Of a stretch of DNA of 62,568 bases, positions 1-12,585 are shown piece by piece; position 1 is the first letter of the stretch; every line of letters starts with the position of its first letter. A program made the translations under genes and the position numbers. The stretch lies in the sequence record DRR723986_3102. One strand, written 5' to 3'. The notes beneath the pieces were generated by a model, which searched no databases, had not been told where the DNA came from, and was given only the letters and a program-made list of their open reading frames with translations.

Positions 1-34
1 CTGCCAGGGACGGCGGCACCTATCGGACGGTGAC

Positions 35-1147
35 CTAAACCGGGGCCGATCTTCGGCTAACAGCAAAGTCCAGGTTTTCCTGGACACGCGGTCTTTGTTC
101 CTCGGGTAATCGCCCGCTATGGAGTAATTGCTCACAGAGATCGCGACTCTCCTCGAAGCGGCCGGTCCAATAGGCAGCGATAGATAATTCGTCCAGGGCG
201 CGCCAGAGCCAGACACTCTCGTCTACGAAAAGCAGGTCAGCTTGCGGCAATGGCGTCTGCACCGCCTGCTTCGCATAGAGGTAGGCCTGGTTCCAGCGTT
301 TGCCTACCCTGGAAATGCGTGCCAGGTGGCATAGTGGTTCTGCACGCTGGGGGCGGAGTTCCCAGGCATCCAGGAGTGCGGCGCACACCATGAGGTCACT
401 GGCCCCCTGTGCCTCGAGGCTCAGACCCACACGCATCTGGGCGAAAAACACCTCCTCCGCCCAGCCGTCCATCTCCACCCGTCGCCGGTACCACTTTTCG
501 GCGTTCGGCATATCGTTGTGGTCGTAATAACTCTGGGCCAGATAAAAAACGCTGCGCGTATCGGCAGGGTCGTTCTCAACGGCATTCCTTAGCAGCGCTA
601 CGTCTCGCGCATACTTCTGGGCATCACGATTACGGACCCCACCGAGCCGCCGGGCGACAATATGAAAGTTGCCAGGCAATCGCTCTACCGGGGCCGGAAC
701 TTCGCAGTGCGGGTACTCGTGAACAACGCCACAGTACTGCCAGGGCAAGTCCATCCTGAACAGCTGCCGCCGCCAGTAGGAGCAGCCATCCCCGAGTCGA
801 TAGAGGAAGTCATAGGAACCGGCGGTCAGGGAGGTAAAATCCGGTGTGCCCACAAGATAGTCATCGGCATCGATAACCCAGGCGTATTCCGCCTTGCCGC
901 TTACCAGGTCGAGGGCGAGAGAGCGATTGTGGCCGAAGTCGCGCCATTGATGGTGATGCAGTTCACCCGGGATGCCTTTCTGCTCGAAAAAGGCCGCAAT
1001 GATGGAAGCCGTATCATCGCGGGAGCCGGTATCGCAGATTATCCAGTAGTCGATGTAGGCCGCGACACTCTCAAGGCACTCGGCTATCACATGCGACTCG
1101 TCCCGCACGATCATGTTGAGGCAAATTCGAGGCCTGGTTTCAGCCAT
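35..1147 (-). CDS. GT2-family glycosyltransferase with C-terminal TPR repeats
   Basis: N-term ICLNMIVRDE...ICDTGSRD, FGHNRS, IDADD (DxD) and VHE motifs; TPR-like helical C-terminal half (FYLAQSYYD, RAEPL). Confidence 0.85.
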   Translation of the reverse strand: MAETRPRICLNMIVRDESHVIAECLESVAAYIDYWIICDTGSRDDTASIIAAFFEQKGIPGELHHHQWRDFGHNRSLALDLVSGKAEYAWVIDADDYLVGTPDFTSLTAGSYDFLYRLGDGCSYWRRQLFRMDLPWQYCGVVHEYPHCEVPAPVERLPGNFHIVARRLGGVRNRDAQKYARDVALLRNAVENDPADTRSVFYLAQSYYDHNDMPNAEKWYRRRVEMDGWAEEVFFAQMRVGLSLEAQGASDLMVCAALLDAWELRPQRAEPLCHLARISRVGKRWNQAYLYAKQAVQTPLPQADLLFVDESVWLWRALDELSIAAYWTGRFEESRDLCEQLLHSGRLPEEQRPRVQENLDFAVSRRSAPV

Positions 1148-1216
1148 CGTAGCGATTATCCACGCGAGTCACAGCGATGTTGATTGCCTCGCCGGCATCA
1201 CCCGCCGAAGCCTGTT

Positions 1217-3719
<2,503 letters not shown>

Positions 3720-3726
3720 AAACTGC

Positions 3727-3918
3727 CTAATTCACAAGGTATAACAGCAACAAGCCAAACAGCATACTGCCGAGGCCGAAGTTGCGGATTACGCGGTCTT
3801 CCATCTGCGCCACCGTGATGATCATCTGGCGCCAGCGGCCGGGGCTGAGGAAGGGCAGCATACCCTCAATAACAAACACCAGCGCTACCGCCACCGGAAG
3901 CACCTGCCAAAAATCCAT
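3727..3918 (-). CDS. DUF2065 (YjeT-like) small membrane protein
   Basis: ALVFVIEGMLPFLSPGRWR signature; lies between hflC and hisZ. Confidence 0.9.
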   Translation of the reverse strand: MDFWQVLPVAVALVFVIEGMLPFLSPGRWRQMIITVAQMEDRVIRNFGLGSMLFGLLLLYLVN

Positions 3919-4073
3919 CACGTCTCTCTGGTGGCTCGCCACAAAAAAACCGCGGGCTCGAACGTCTACGTCTACAACGTCGAATCCCACGGTTGAAGAA
4001 TTCTATCACAGGCCGCTTGCTCTGCACCTGTGATTTTTCCCGGGTCAGGGCCCCGGAAATCGCCCGAAAATCG

Positions 4074-4110
4074 GGCTGTCAGGGGCCATCAACTCCAGCT
4101 CCTGACAGCC
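4074..4110. terminator. inverted repeat/hairpin just downstream of hflC
   Basis: GGCTGTCAGG(4074-4083)...CCTGACAGCC(4101-4110), a perfect 10-bp stem; no long U tract immediately adjacent. Confidence 0.45.
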
Positions 4111-4120
4111 GGGCGCCGGC

Positions 4121-4996
4121 TTATTTGGCGCCCATGGGGTCTTTCAGGTAACGGAAGAAGTCAGAATCCGGCTGGATCAGCATGACATCGCCCGAGCCCT
4201 GGAACGCGTCCTGGTAGGCGCGCAGGCTTCGAGTGAAGGAGTAAAACTCCGGATCCTGGTTAAATGCATCGGCATAAATACGGGTCGCCTCTGCATCACC
4301 CTCACCGCGAACCTGCTGGGCATCGCGATAGGCGTTGGCTGCAATCACGGTGACTTCACGATCCGCCGCGGCGCGGATACCCTCGGCCAGTTCCTGGCCC
4401 TGGGCGCGGTGCTCACGCGCTTCCTTCTCGCGCTCCGCGTTCATCCGCCGGTAGACCGATTCTGACACATCCGGCGGCAGGTCGATCTGCTTGACCCGAA
4501 CATCCACCACTTCCACCCCCAGTTCCTCACGGGCCACCACATCCAGCTCCTTGGTGATCGCTTCCATGAGCTGGTCACGCTCACCGGAGACAACTTCCTG
4601 GATGGACCGGATAGCCACCTGGTTACGCAGGCCATCATTGATACGCTGGGACAGCAGGCCCATTGCCCGGCTCTCCTCACCGTTGGTAGCGGTGTAGAAC
4701 TTCGCCGTATCGGCAACCCGGAACTTGGCATAAGAGTCGACGATCAGGGCTTTCTTCTCCTGGGTGAAGAAACGCTCAGGATTGGAATCAACGGTCAGCA
4801 CCCGACCATCGAACTTGCGCACATTGTTCACGAAGGGGATCTTCAGGTGCAGGCCAGGCTGCACATTGGGATTCACAACCTCACCAAACTTCAGCAACAC
4901 GGCGCGCTCGGTTTCCTTGATCACATACAGTGAATTGCTGGCCAAAAACAGCAGCAGCACCGCCGACAGGATAAACGTTACATTACGTCCAGACAT
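4121..4996 (-). CDS. hflC: FtsH protease modulator HflC (SPFH)
   Basis: N-terminal TM, SPFH domain, VDVRVKQIDLP, FYSFTRSL; follows hflK. Confidence 0.97.
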   Translation of the reverse strand: MSGRNVTFILSAVLLLFLASNSLYVIKETERAVLLKFGEVVNPNVQPGLHLKIPFVNNVRKFDGRVLTVDSNPERFFTQEKKALIVDSYAKFRVADTAKFYTATNGEESRAMGLLSQRINDGLRNQVAIRSIQEVVSGERDQLMEAITKELDVVAREELGVEVVDVRVKQIDLPPDVSESVYRRMNAEREKEAREHRAQGQELAEGIRAAADREVTVIAANAYRDAQQVRGEGDAEATRIYADAFNQDPEFYSFTRSLRAYQDAFQGSGDVMLIQPDSDFFRYLKDPMGAK

Positions 4997-4997
4997 A

Positions 4998-6161
4998 TTA
5001 GCGGCTCCCCCTGCGATTGCCGGTGGCCGCAGCATCGCGGCGCAATTGCTCCGTCACCGCGTTGGTGAGCTCACGAATATTGGAGCTGTCCACGCTGAGG
5101 TTGCGGGATGGCGCGCTGCCAGCGGCAGGAACCATCTTGTCGAGCGGCAGGTACATAACGTTATTGCCTCCCTCTACGTCAACCAGCACTTTATTGGTAT
5201 TGGTGAAGACGGTTTGCACCGCTTCCAGGTAAAGCCGCTCGCGGGTAACTTCCGGCGCCTTGCGATACTCGGCCAGCAGCTTGTTGAAGCGGTCGGCTTC
5301 ACCCTGGGCATTGGCGATCACCTGCTCGCGGTAGGCACCGGCCTCCTCAAACTGGCGCTGCGCCTGGCCGCGTGCTTCCGGCACGATACCGTTGGCATAG
5401 GCCTGGGCCTCGTTCTTCACCCGCTCCTCGTCTTCCCGGGCCTTGATCACGTCATCGAACGCCGCCTGCACCTGTGAGGGCGGCTTGGACTCGTCGACGT
5501 TGACCTTGGCGATACGGATACCCGTCTCGTACATATTGGTGTATTCCTGCAGGCGCTGTGCCACATCGATACCGATCGCGGCACGGCCTTCGGTCAGCAC
5601 CAGGTCCATGCTGCTGCCACCCACCACGTGGCGCAACGCGCTCTGGGCAGCGTGCTGGAGGGAATTCTCCGGGTCGCGCACCTTGAGCACAAACTTCGTG
5701 GGATCGTCGATGACGTACTGGACCGAGAGACTCACCTCGACGATGTTCTCGTCCTGGGTGAGCATGATCTCCCGGAAGGTCGCGGCGCGAACCTTGGTGG
5801 TATTGACCTTGATCACCTCGTCGATCAGCGGCGGATTCCACTGCAGACCGGGCTGGACAGTGTCCAGGTATTTACCGAAGCGCAGTACAACCGCTCGCTC
5901 CTGCTCATCGATCTGGTAAAAGCCCATCAGCGCCCACACCAGCAGCGCACCAGCGGCTATAACACCCAGCAGGGCCAGGGAAATACCCGCGCCACCACCA
6001 CTGCCGCTGCCACCACCGCCACCGGAACGGCCGCCAAACAGGCCACCCAGCTTTTCCTGCAGCTTCTTCAGCGCCTCATCGAGATCCGGTGGACCCTGAT
6101 CGCCACCACCCCACGGATCGCGGGGTTTGTTGTTGCCGCCACCCGGTTCATTCCAGGACAT
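4998..6161 (-). CDS. hflK: FtsH protease modulator HflK
   Basis: MSWNEPG...DPWG...GPPDLD N-terminus, SPFH domain, APEVTRERLY. Confidence 0.98.
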   Translation of the reverse strand: MSWNEPGGGNNKPRDPWGGGDQGPPDLDEALKKLQEKLGGLFGGRSGGGGGSGSGGGAGISLALLGVIAAGALLVWALMGFYQIDEQERAVVLRFGKYLDTVQPGLQWNPPLIDEVIKVNTTKVRAATFREIMLTQDENIVEVSLSVQYVIDDPTKFVLKVRDPENSLQHAAQSALRHVVGGSSMDLVLTEGRAAIGIDVAQRLQEYTNMYETGIRIAKVNVDESKPPSQVQAAFDDVIKAREDEERVKNEAQAYANGIVPEARGQAQRQFEEAGAYREQVIANAQGEADRFNKLLAEYRKAPEVTRERLYLEAVQTVFTNTNKVLVDVEGGNNVMYLPLDKMVPAAGSAPSRNLSVDSSNIRELTNAVTEQLRRDAAATGNRRGSR

Positions 6162-6228
6162 ATTCAGCTCCTAAGTTCATATCGCGCGAAAGTCTAACAG
6201 GTTATACGTCGAAACGGGCTTGCCGGCG

Positions 6229-7497
6229 CTATCCGGGTGCACCCTCGGCCGCCATCAGTCGATCCCAGTCGGCCCGGGGCAGGCGCACACTCAGGCGGGC
6301 GGTGCCATCATCGCCATGCTCTTCCGTCTCCACCGCCCCCAACCGGTACAGCGCCGCCCTCAGCCGCCCCTGGGCAGGATTCAGGCGCAGTTCTTCAGAC
6401 ACCATATCGTCACCAACCAACTCGGCGACAGCCGCCAGCAGAAGTTCGGTGCCCTCACCGGTGGCAGCACTGAGCCAGACCCGTTCCGGCCGGCCCTGGT
6501 CATCGCGATCAATCCGCGGTGACTGCTCCAGTAAATCAATCTTGTTGTAAACCTTGAGCTGCGGAATCTGTTCGGCCCCTATCTCGGCCAGCACTTCTTC
6601 CACCTGGTGAATATTGTCCTCGCGCTCAGTACTGGCGGCATCGATCACGTGCAGCAACAGCTGGGCATTGAGGGTCTCCTCCAGGGTCGCCTTGAACGCA
6701 TCAACCAGCTTGTGGGGCAGATGGGCAATAAAGCCCACCGTGTCGGCGAGGATGACCGGGCCGGCATGCTCCAGCTCCAGCCGTCGCAAGGTCGGATCCA
6801 GGGTAGCGAACAGCTGGTCCGCCGCGTACACATCAGAATTGGTCAACCGGTTAAACAGGGTGGATTTGCCGGCGTTCGTGTAGCCCACCAGCGACACCGT
6901 CGGGACCTCGGCCCGGCGCCGGGACCGGCGGCCCTGGTCACGCTGGCGCCGCACTTTGTCGAGCCGGGCGGTGATCGACTTGATCCGCGCCCGCAACAGG
7001 CGGCGGTCAGTCTCCAGCTGGGTTTCACCCGGTCCGCGCAGACCGATACCGCCTTTCTGCCGCTCCAGGTGAGTCCAACCACGCACCAGGCGGGTTGTCA
7101 TATGCTGTAACTGGGCCAGCTCCACCTGCAGCTTGCCCTCATGAGTGCGGGCGCGCTGGGCGAAAATGTCCAGGATGAGGCCGGTGCGGTCGAGGACCCG
7201 GCACTTGAGTTCCCGTTCCAGGTTGCGCTCCTGGCTGGGGCTCAGCGCGTGATTGAACATCACGATTTCGGCCTCGTGAGTACGCACCTCGGCGGCAATC
7301 TCCTCGAGTTTGCCGGTACCGACAAAGAAGCGCGAATGCGGCGCATCCCGCTGGCCCATCACAAAGGCCACCGGATCACCCCCCGCAGACAGCACGAGTT
7401 CCTCGAATTCGCGCGGGTCCTCCCGCTCGGTTTCACTGGCGAGGTTCAGGTGGACAAGGACAGCGCGTTCTCCCGAATCGGGACGCTCAAAAAACAA
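6229..7497 (-). CDS. hflX: ribosome-splitting GTPase HflX
   Basis: FFERP, GPGETQLE, GYTNAGKS, DTVG, NKID; TTG start. Confidence 0.98.
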   Translation of the reverse strand: MFFERPDSGERAVLVHLNLASETEREDPREFEELVLSAGGDPVAFVMGQRDAPHSRFFVGTGKLEEIAAEVRTHEAEIVMFNHALSPSQERNLERELKCRVLDRTGLILDIFAQRARTHEGKLQVELAQLQHMTTRLVRGWTHLERQKGGIGLRGPGETQLETDRRLLRARIKSITARLDKVRRQRDQGRRSRRRAEVPTVSLVGYTNAGKSTLFNRLTNSDVYAADQLFATLDPTLRRLELEHAGPVILADTVGFIAHLPHKLVDAFKATLEETLNAQLLLHVIDAASTEREDNIHQVEEVLAEIGAEQIPQLKVYNKIDLLEQSPRIDRDDQGRPERVWLSAATGEGTELLLAAVAELVGDDMVSEELRLNPAQGRLRAALYRLGAVETEEHGDDGTARLSVRLPRADWDRLMAAEGAPG

Positions 7498-7527
7498 GAT
7501 GACCTCGGCTATTGGTAAGCCATACCG

Positions 7528-7549
7528 GGCGCGCCCACCGGGGCGCGCC
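7528..7549. terminator. GC-rich hairpin between hfq and hflX
   Basis: GGCGCGCCC-ACCG-GGGCGCGCC perfect 9-bp stem. Confidence 0.45.
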
Positions 7550-7559
7550 TAAAAACGCC

Positions 7560-7811
7560 TCAACTGTCGCCGGCATCGTCTTCCGGTGGCTGCTGCATCG
7601 GCACGCGAACGACGCGTGACGGCACCACAGTTGAAATAGCATGCTTGTAGACCATCTGGCTGACGGTATTCTTCAGCAGCACCACGAACTGATCGAACGA
7701 CTCGATCTGGCCCTGCAGCTTGATGCCGTTTACCAGGTAAATGGAAACAGGAACCCGTTCCTTACGCAAAATATTCAGGTAAGGGTCTTGTAGCGTGTGC
7801 CCTTTTGACAT
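7560..7811 (-). CDS. hfq: RNA chaperone Hfq
   Basis: [28 protein letters not shown]...[10 protein letters not shown]. Confidence 0.99.
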   Translation of the reverse strand: MSKGHTLQDPYLNILRKERVPVSIYLVNGIKLQGQIESFDQFVVLLKNTVSQMVYKHAISTVVPSRVVRVPMQQPPEDDAGDS

Positions 7812-7919
7812 AACTCTTCTCCTACCAGGCTCAACCCGAGCCGAAAAAAATGGAAGCTGGCCTCTTACCGCGGGCCCTCATTACTACTACTGGCGTCCGC
7901 AGGGGACTATCACAGCATA

Positions 7920-8912
7920 CTACATGGGGTTGATACCGAGATAGTTCAAGACCAGATCTGCCGGATCGACAATCTTTCCGGATTCATCCCCACAGGCGTC
8001 AGACAGCGTCGATTCGACAACGTTCCCTGCAGAATCAGTCCATATCCACGCCAGATCGGGCCATTTCCGGAGCCAGGTCAACTGCCGTTTCGCCAGTTGG
8101 CGGGTCGCGGCAATGCCCCGGGCGACCGCTGTATCGAGGTCACAGTCCCCATCCAGATGCTGCCACAACTGGCGATAGCCCACGGCGCGCAGCGCTGGCA
8201 GATCCGGCGCCAGGTCACCCCGGTGACGCAGCGCCATCACTTCATCGAGGAACCCTGCAGCCATCATTGCGTGGAAACGATGCGCAATGCGGTCGTGAAG
8301 CACCGCGCGATCCCGGGGACACAGGGCGATCTGCACGACCCGGAACCGGTCCAGGACAGTCATCCCCTGATCCCGGGCGTGCCAGTCGCTCAGCGGTATG
8401 CCGCTGGCCCGATACACCTCCAGGGCCCGCGCCAGGCGCTGGGAGTGGTGAGGATGAATCCGCCGCGCCGCCTCCGGATCGACCCGGGCAAGCTCGGCGT
8501 GCAGATGGGGCCAGCCGGACTGCGCCGCCTCGGCCTCGATGGCCGTACGCAGCGCGGGATCAGCCTCCGGCATGGGTGACAGACCCTGCAGGAGGGCACG
8601 GAAATACAGCATGGTCCCGCCCACCAGCACCGGCGTCCGGCCGCGATCAGCGATTTCCCCGACCAGTGCACCGGCATCGCGGGCAAAATCCGCCGCCGAG
8701 TAGACCTGCTCCGGATCGCGGATAGACACCAGGTGGTGCGGGTACTCCGGCTTGGCGCTGCCTATCTCCAGACCCCGATAAACCAGGGCCGAGTCAACGC
8801 TGACCAGTTCGCCGCCCAGGCGCTCGGCCAGTTTTATCGCCAACTCGGTCTTACCCGAGGCGGTGGGGCCCATGAGGCATAGCAACAGGGGTTTCACACC
8901 GGTGCCCGCCAC
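7920..8912 (-). CDS. miaA: tRNA dimethylallyltransferase
   Basis: GPTASGKT, SVDSALVY, VGGTMLY, TRQLAKRQLTW; start uncertain (GTG 8912 or 8897). Confidence 0.96.
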   Translation of the reverse strand: MAGTGVKPLLLCLMGPTASGKTELAIKLAERLGGELVSVDSALVYRGLEIGSAKPEYPHHLVSIRDPEQVYSAADFARDAGALVGEIADRGRTPVLVGGTMLYFRALLQGLSPMPEADPALRTAIEAEAAQSGWPHLHAELARVDPEAARRIHPHHSQRLARALEVYRASGIPLSDWHARDQGMTVLDRFRVVQIALCPRDRAVLHDRIAHRFHAMMAAGFLDEVMALRHRGDLAPDLPALRAVGYRQLWQHLDGDCDLDTAVARGIAATRQLAKRQLTWLRKWPDLAWIWTDSAGNVVESTLSDACGDESGKIVDPADLVLNYLGINPM

Positions 8913-8916
8913 CGGG

Positions 8917-10746
8917 TCAGCGACCGCGCAGGAACAGGCGGTCCAGTTCTTCCAGTCCGAGCTGGGTCCAGGTGGGACGGCCGTGATTGCACTGCCCGGA
9001 ACGCTCGGTCTCCTCCATGTCCCGCAACAACGCATTCATTTCCGGGATGGTCAGGCGCCGGTTGGCGCGCACCGAGCCATGGCAGGCCATGGTGGACAGG
9101 ATCTCATCCAGGTGCGACTCGATCCGGTCGGAGCTGCCGTATTCAATCAGGTCCGACAGCACATCGCGCACCAGCTGCTCCACGTTGGAATCCCGCAGGG
9201 CCACCGGGATCTGCCGGATCAACAGGGTTTCCTCGCCGGCCACGTCCAGGGAGATACCCAGGCCAAGGAACAGCTCGGCATACTCGTCGGCCACCTGGGT
9301 CTCGCGCTGGCTGACGGCAATCGCCTGGGGGACCAGCAAGGGCTGGCTGCGAATACCCTCGGCAGCGCGCGCCTGTTTGAGCCGCTCGTAGGTAATCCGT
9401 TCGTGGGCCGCGTGCATATCCACCAGCACCAGGCCCTGCGTATTCTCGGCCAGAATATAGACACCCTTGAGCTGGGCGAGGGCGTAACCGAGGGGCGGCA
9501 CATCCTCCTCCCCGCCCGTCTCCGGCAGCGTTGGATGCAGCTGGCCATAGCTGCGCATCTGCTCGCGGGCACCGCCCGGACCGGGATGGCTGGCCGGACT
9601 ATAGCTCGACGATCCAGGGCCGGCACCCGTACCCGGCGTACCCCAGGCCAGGCCACCCTGGTGGCTGAGCTCCCCGGTGGCGACATCCACGGTGCCTCCC
9701 CCGGCCAGGGCAAGCACGTTGTCCTGCACCTGGTCTGCGGGCCGCAGTTCGGCCAGGGCCCGGTGCAGGCTGCTGAAAATAAAATTGTGTACTTCCCGCC
9801 CGTCGCGAAACCGCACCTCGTGCTTGGTCGGGTGCACATTGACGTCCACCTGCGCAGGGTCGAGCTCGAGGTACAGCACAAACGCGGGGTGGCGACCGTG
9901 GTAGAGCACATCGCGGTAGGCCTGCCTGACCGCATGGGCCACCAGTTTGTCGCGGATTACCCGGCCGTTGACGAAGAAATACTGGAGGTCGGCCTGGCTG
10001 CGGGAAAAGGTCGGCAGGCCAACCCAACCGCGAAGCCGCAGGCCCGGTACCTCGCGTTCTATCGGAACTGCCTGTTCCATGAACGCAGGCCCGCACAGCG
10101 AGGCCACCCGGCGCCGCTGCTCGGCCTCCGCGATGGCCGGACGCAGGCTGTGGATCACACGCCCGTTGTGGCGCAGGGTAAAACCCACATCAAAACGGGC
10201 CAGGGCGAGCCGCTTTACCACCTCTTCCAGATGGGTGAACTCGGTTTTCTCGGTGCGCAGAAATTTGCGCCGGGCGGGGGTGTTGAAGAACAGGTCGCGG
10301 ATTTCAACCGTGGTCCCCCGGGGGTGGGGTGCCGGCTTGATATCAACCGCCATTTCCCGGCCCTCGCAGGAGGCGCTGTTACCGGCACTGCTGTCACTGG
10401 CGGTATTGGTGGTGATGGCCAGCCGGGAGACTGAGCCGATACTCGCCAGGGCCTCGCCGCGGAACCCCAGGCTGCCAACCCGCTCCAGGTCCTCGAGGGA
10501 AGCTATCTTGCTGGTTGCATGGCGGGCCAGGGCCAGGGGCAGGTCATCGGCCTCGATTCCGCTGCCGTCATCGCGAATGCGGATCAGCTTGCTGCCGCCC
10601 GACTCAACCTCGACCTCGACCCGGGTCGCACCCGCATCCAGGCTGTTCTCCAGCACCTCTTTCACCACCGAGGCGGGTCGTTCCACCACTTCGCCGGCGG
10701 CGATCTGGTTGGCCAGCCTCGTGCTGAGGCGCTGAATGCGGGACAT
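8917..10746 (-). CDS. mutL: DNA mismatch repair protein MutL
   Basis: [31 protein letters not shown] endonuclease motif, CNHGRP. Confidence 0.99.
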   Translation of the reverse strand: MSRIQRLSTRLANQIAAGEVVERPASVVKEVLENSLDAGATRVEVEVESGGSKLIRIRDDGSGIEADDLPLALARHATSKIASLEDLERVGSLGFRGEALASIGSVSRLAITTNTASDSSAGNSASCEGREMAVDIKPAPHPRGTTVEIRDLFFNTPARRKFLRTEKTEFTHLEEVVKRLALARFDVGFTLRHNGRVIHSLRPAIAEAEQRRRVASLCGPAFMEQAVPIEREVPGLRLRGWVGLPTFSRSQADLQYFFVNGRVIRDKLVAHAVRQAYRDVLYHGRHPAFVLYLELDPAQVDVNVHPTKHEVRFRDGREVHNFIFSSLHRALAELRPADQVQDNVLALAGGGTVDVATGELSHQGGLAWGTPGTGAGPGSSSYSPASHPGPGGAREQMRSYGQLHPTLPETGGEEDVPPLGYALAQLKGVYILAENTQGLVLVDMHAAHERITYERLKQARAAEGIRSQPLLVPQAIAVSQRETQVADEYAELFLGLGISLDVAGEETLLIRQIPVALRDSNVEQLVRDVLSDLIEYGSSDRIESHLDEILSTMACHGSVRANRRLTIPEMNALLRDMEETERSGQCNHGRPTWTQLGLEELDRLFLRGR

Positions 10747-10755
10747 GCAAACCTG

Positions 10756-12060
10756 CTAGCTTGTCGGGATTTTTAGGGTCTGCCCCACGAGGATTCGGGT
10801 GCTGCTCAGGCCGTTGACATCCTTGAGGTCATTGACCGAAATATTGAATCGCTGGGCAATCCCCGAGAGTGTATCACCCCGCGCGATAACGTACTGCTGC
10901 CCGCCCTGCTGCTTATTCCAGGCCAGCAGGGTGCCCTGCGGAGGATGGGCGGTGAAAAACTCCCTGATACCGGCGTGAATCTGCCGGGCCATCTGCTCCT
11001 GATAACTGCGGGTGGCCAGCTTCTTTGCCTCGCCCGGGTTCGAGATGAAGCCGGTCTCTACCAGGATCGACGGAATATCCGGCGACTTCAGTACCGCAAA
11101 GCCCGCCTGCTCCACATTGGCCTTGTGCAGGTGGGCAATGGTATCCATCTTGCGCAGCACACGATCTCCGACCTTGAGGCTCCGATCCAGGGTGGAATCC
11201 ATCGACAGGTCGGCGAGCACCCCCGCCAGCAGGTCGTCCTTGTCCGACAGGCTCACCCCGCCCACCAGGTCGGCCGCATTCTCGCGCTGGGCCAGGTAGC
11301 GGGCTGCCGTGCTGGTAGCGCCGCTGGTCGACAGCGCGTAAACCGAGGCCCCGTTGGCCTCCTTGCGCTTGAAGGCGTCGGCATGGATCGATACGAACAG
11401 ATCCGCCTGGCGCTTGCGAGCCAGGTCCCTGCGCCCCTTGAGGCTGACATAGTAGTCACCGGTGCGAATCAGGGTAGGCTTGAAGCCCGGCTCGCGCTCA
11501 AGCAGGTCGTGCAGCTTCTTCGCGATCGCCAGCACCACGTCTTTCTCGCGCAGGCGGTTGGGGCCCAGCGCGCCTGGGTCTTCACCCCCGTGACCGGCAT
11601 CGATCGCCACCACCAGGTCACGCTTGCCCGAGGCCTCGACAACGGTCTTGCGCGGCCTGGTCGCCGCCTCGCTGGCATCGTACAGGTCCAGCACCAGGCG
11701 ATCGCCCGCCTGCTCGTTGGCCTTGAGCGCGAAACTTCGCGGGTTAACCCGCGCGGAAATATCCAGCACTACCCGCAGGTCATCACCCTCGCGAACTCCG
11801 GAACGGATACCACTGATCGGCGTGTTGTCGAGTTGCAGGCTGTCGAGGCTGGCTTTGAGGGAGGCATCAGTGATGTCGAGAACGATCCGGCTCGGATTCG
11901 ACAGCTCCAGCAGCTTGTGCTCTGCGGGGCTGGTCAGGTCAAACACGATGCGGGTATGGTCAGGCGCTCGCCACAGGCGCACGTCGTGCACCTCCGCGGC
12001 CTGGGCAGCGGTGGCCAGAAGCAGAACCAGGATCGCGACGATCCGGTGTAGGCTGTTCAT
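10756..12060 (-). CDS. amiB: N-acetylmuramoyl-L-alanine amidase (AMIN + Amidase_3 + LysM)
   Basis: signal peptide, IDAGHGGEDPGA, SIHAD, LVETGFISN, C-terminal LysM (GDTLSGIA); between tsaE and mutL. Confidence 0.93.
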   Translation of the reverse strand: MNSLHRIVAILVLLLATAAQAAEVHDVRLWRAPDHTRIVFDLTSPAEHKLLELSNPSRIVLDITDASLKASLDSLQLDNTPISGIRSGVREGDDLRVVLDISARVNPRSFALKANEQAGDRLVLDLYDASEAATRPRKTVVEASGKRDLVVAIDAGHGGEDPGALGPNRLREKDVVLAIAKKLHDLLEREPGFKPTLIRTGDYYVSLKGRRDLARKRQADLFVSIHADAFKRKEANGASVYALSTSGATSTAARYLAQRENAADLVGGVSLSDKDDLLAGVLADLSMDSTLDRSLKVGDRVLRKMDTIAHLHKANVEQAGFAVLKSPDIPSILVETGFISNPGEAKKLATRSYQEQMARQIHAGIREFFTAHPPQGTLLAWNKQQGGQQYVIARGDTLSGIAQRFNISVNDLKDVNGLSSTRILVGQTLKIPTS

Positions 12061-12099
12061 TTCACTCCCGCCCTGCACAGCAACTGCGCGAACGACTGG

Positions 12100-12582
12100 T
12101 TATCCGCGGTCAGGACCCAGGCCTGCCTCCCGGAGGCGACCGAGCACGACTTCCCCTTGCGTCGTGTCGGCCCGCAGCGTCACCCGGCGCCCCGTACCGT
12201 CAACCGCTATGGTAATCACTAAATCCGCCGGGGGCAAAACCCGACCGCCCCGTTCGGGCCACTCGATCAGGCACAGGCTGCTGCCATCCAGGTAATCCCG
12301 GATGCCCATAAATTCGAGCTCGCCCGGGTCACCGAGCCGATACAGGTCAAAGTGATACACCGGCGGCGTCAGCGACTGGTAGGGTTCCACCAGGGTGTAG
12401 GTGGGGCTCTTCACCGGGCCCTCGTGGCCGAGGCCCTGGATCAAGCCCCGGCTCAAGGTGGTTTTGCCAGTACCCAGCTCGCCCTGCAGGTGCACCACCA
12501 GGCCCGGCTTCAGGATCCGCGCCAGGTGCCCACCCAGTGCAACCATGGCGGCCTCATCCGGAATATGCAGGGTGTGCTTCAT
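12100..12582 (-). CDS. tsaE: t6A biosynthesis ATPase TsaE
   Basis: GELGTGKTT, SPTYTLVEPY, HFDLYRL, IEWPE. Confidence 0.98.
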   Translation of the reverse strand: MKHTLHIPDEAAMVALGGHLARILKPGLVVHLQGELGTGKTTLSRGLIQGLGHEGPVKSPTYTLVEPYQSLTPPVYHFDLYRLGDPGELEFMGIRDYLDGSSLCLIEWPERGGRVLPPADLVITIAVDGTGRRVTLRADTTQGEVVLGRLREAGLGPDRG

Positions 12583-12585
12583 CCC

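Noticed and set aside
8863-12051. Long antisense ORFs (e.g. 8863-10434 and 10945-12051; similar ones elsewhere such as 2217-3326, 23778-24986, 43281-44531, 56084-57232)
   Set aside because: Shadow ORFs opposite well-supported genes, expected in high-GC coding DNA; no recognisable motifs
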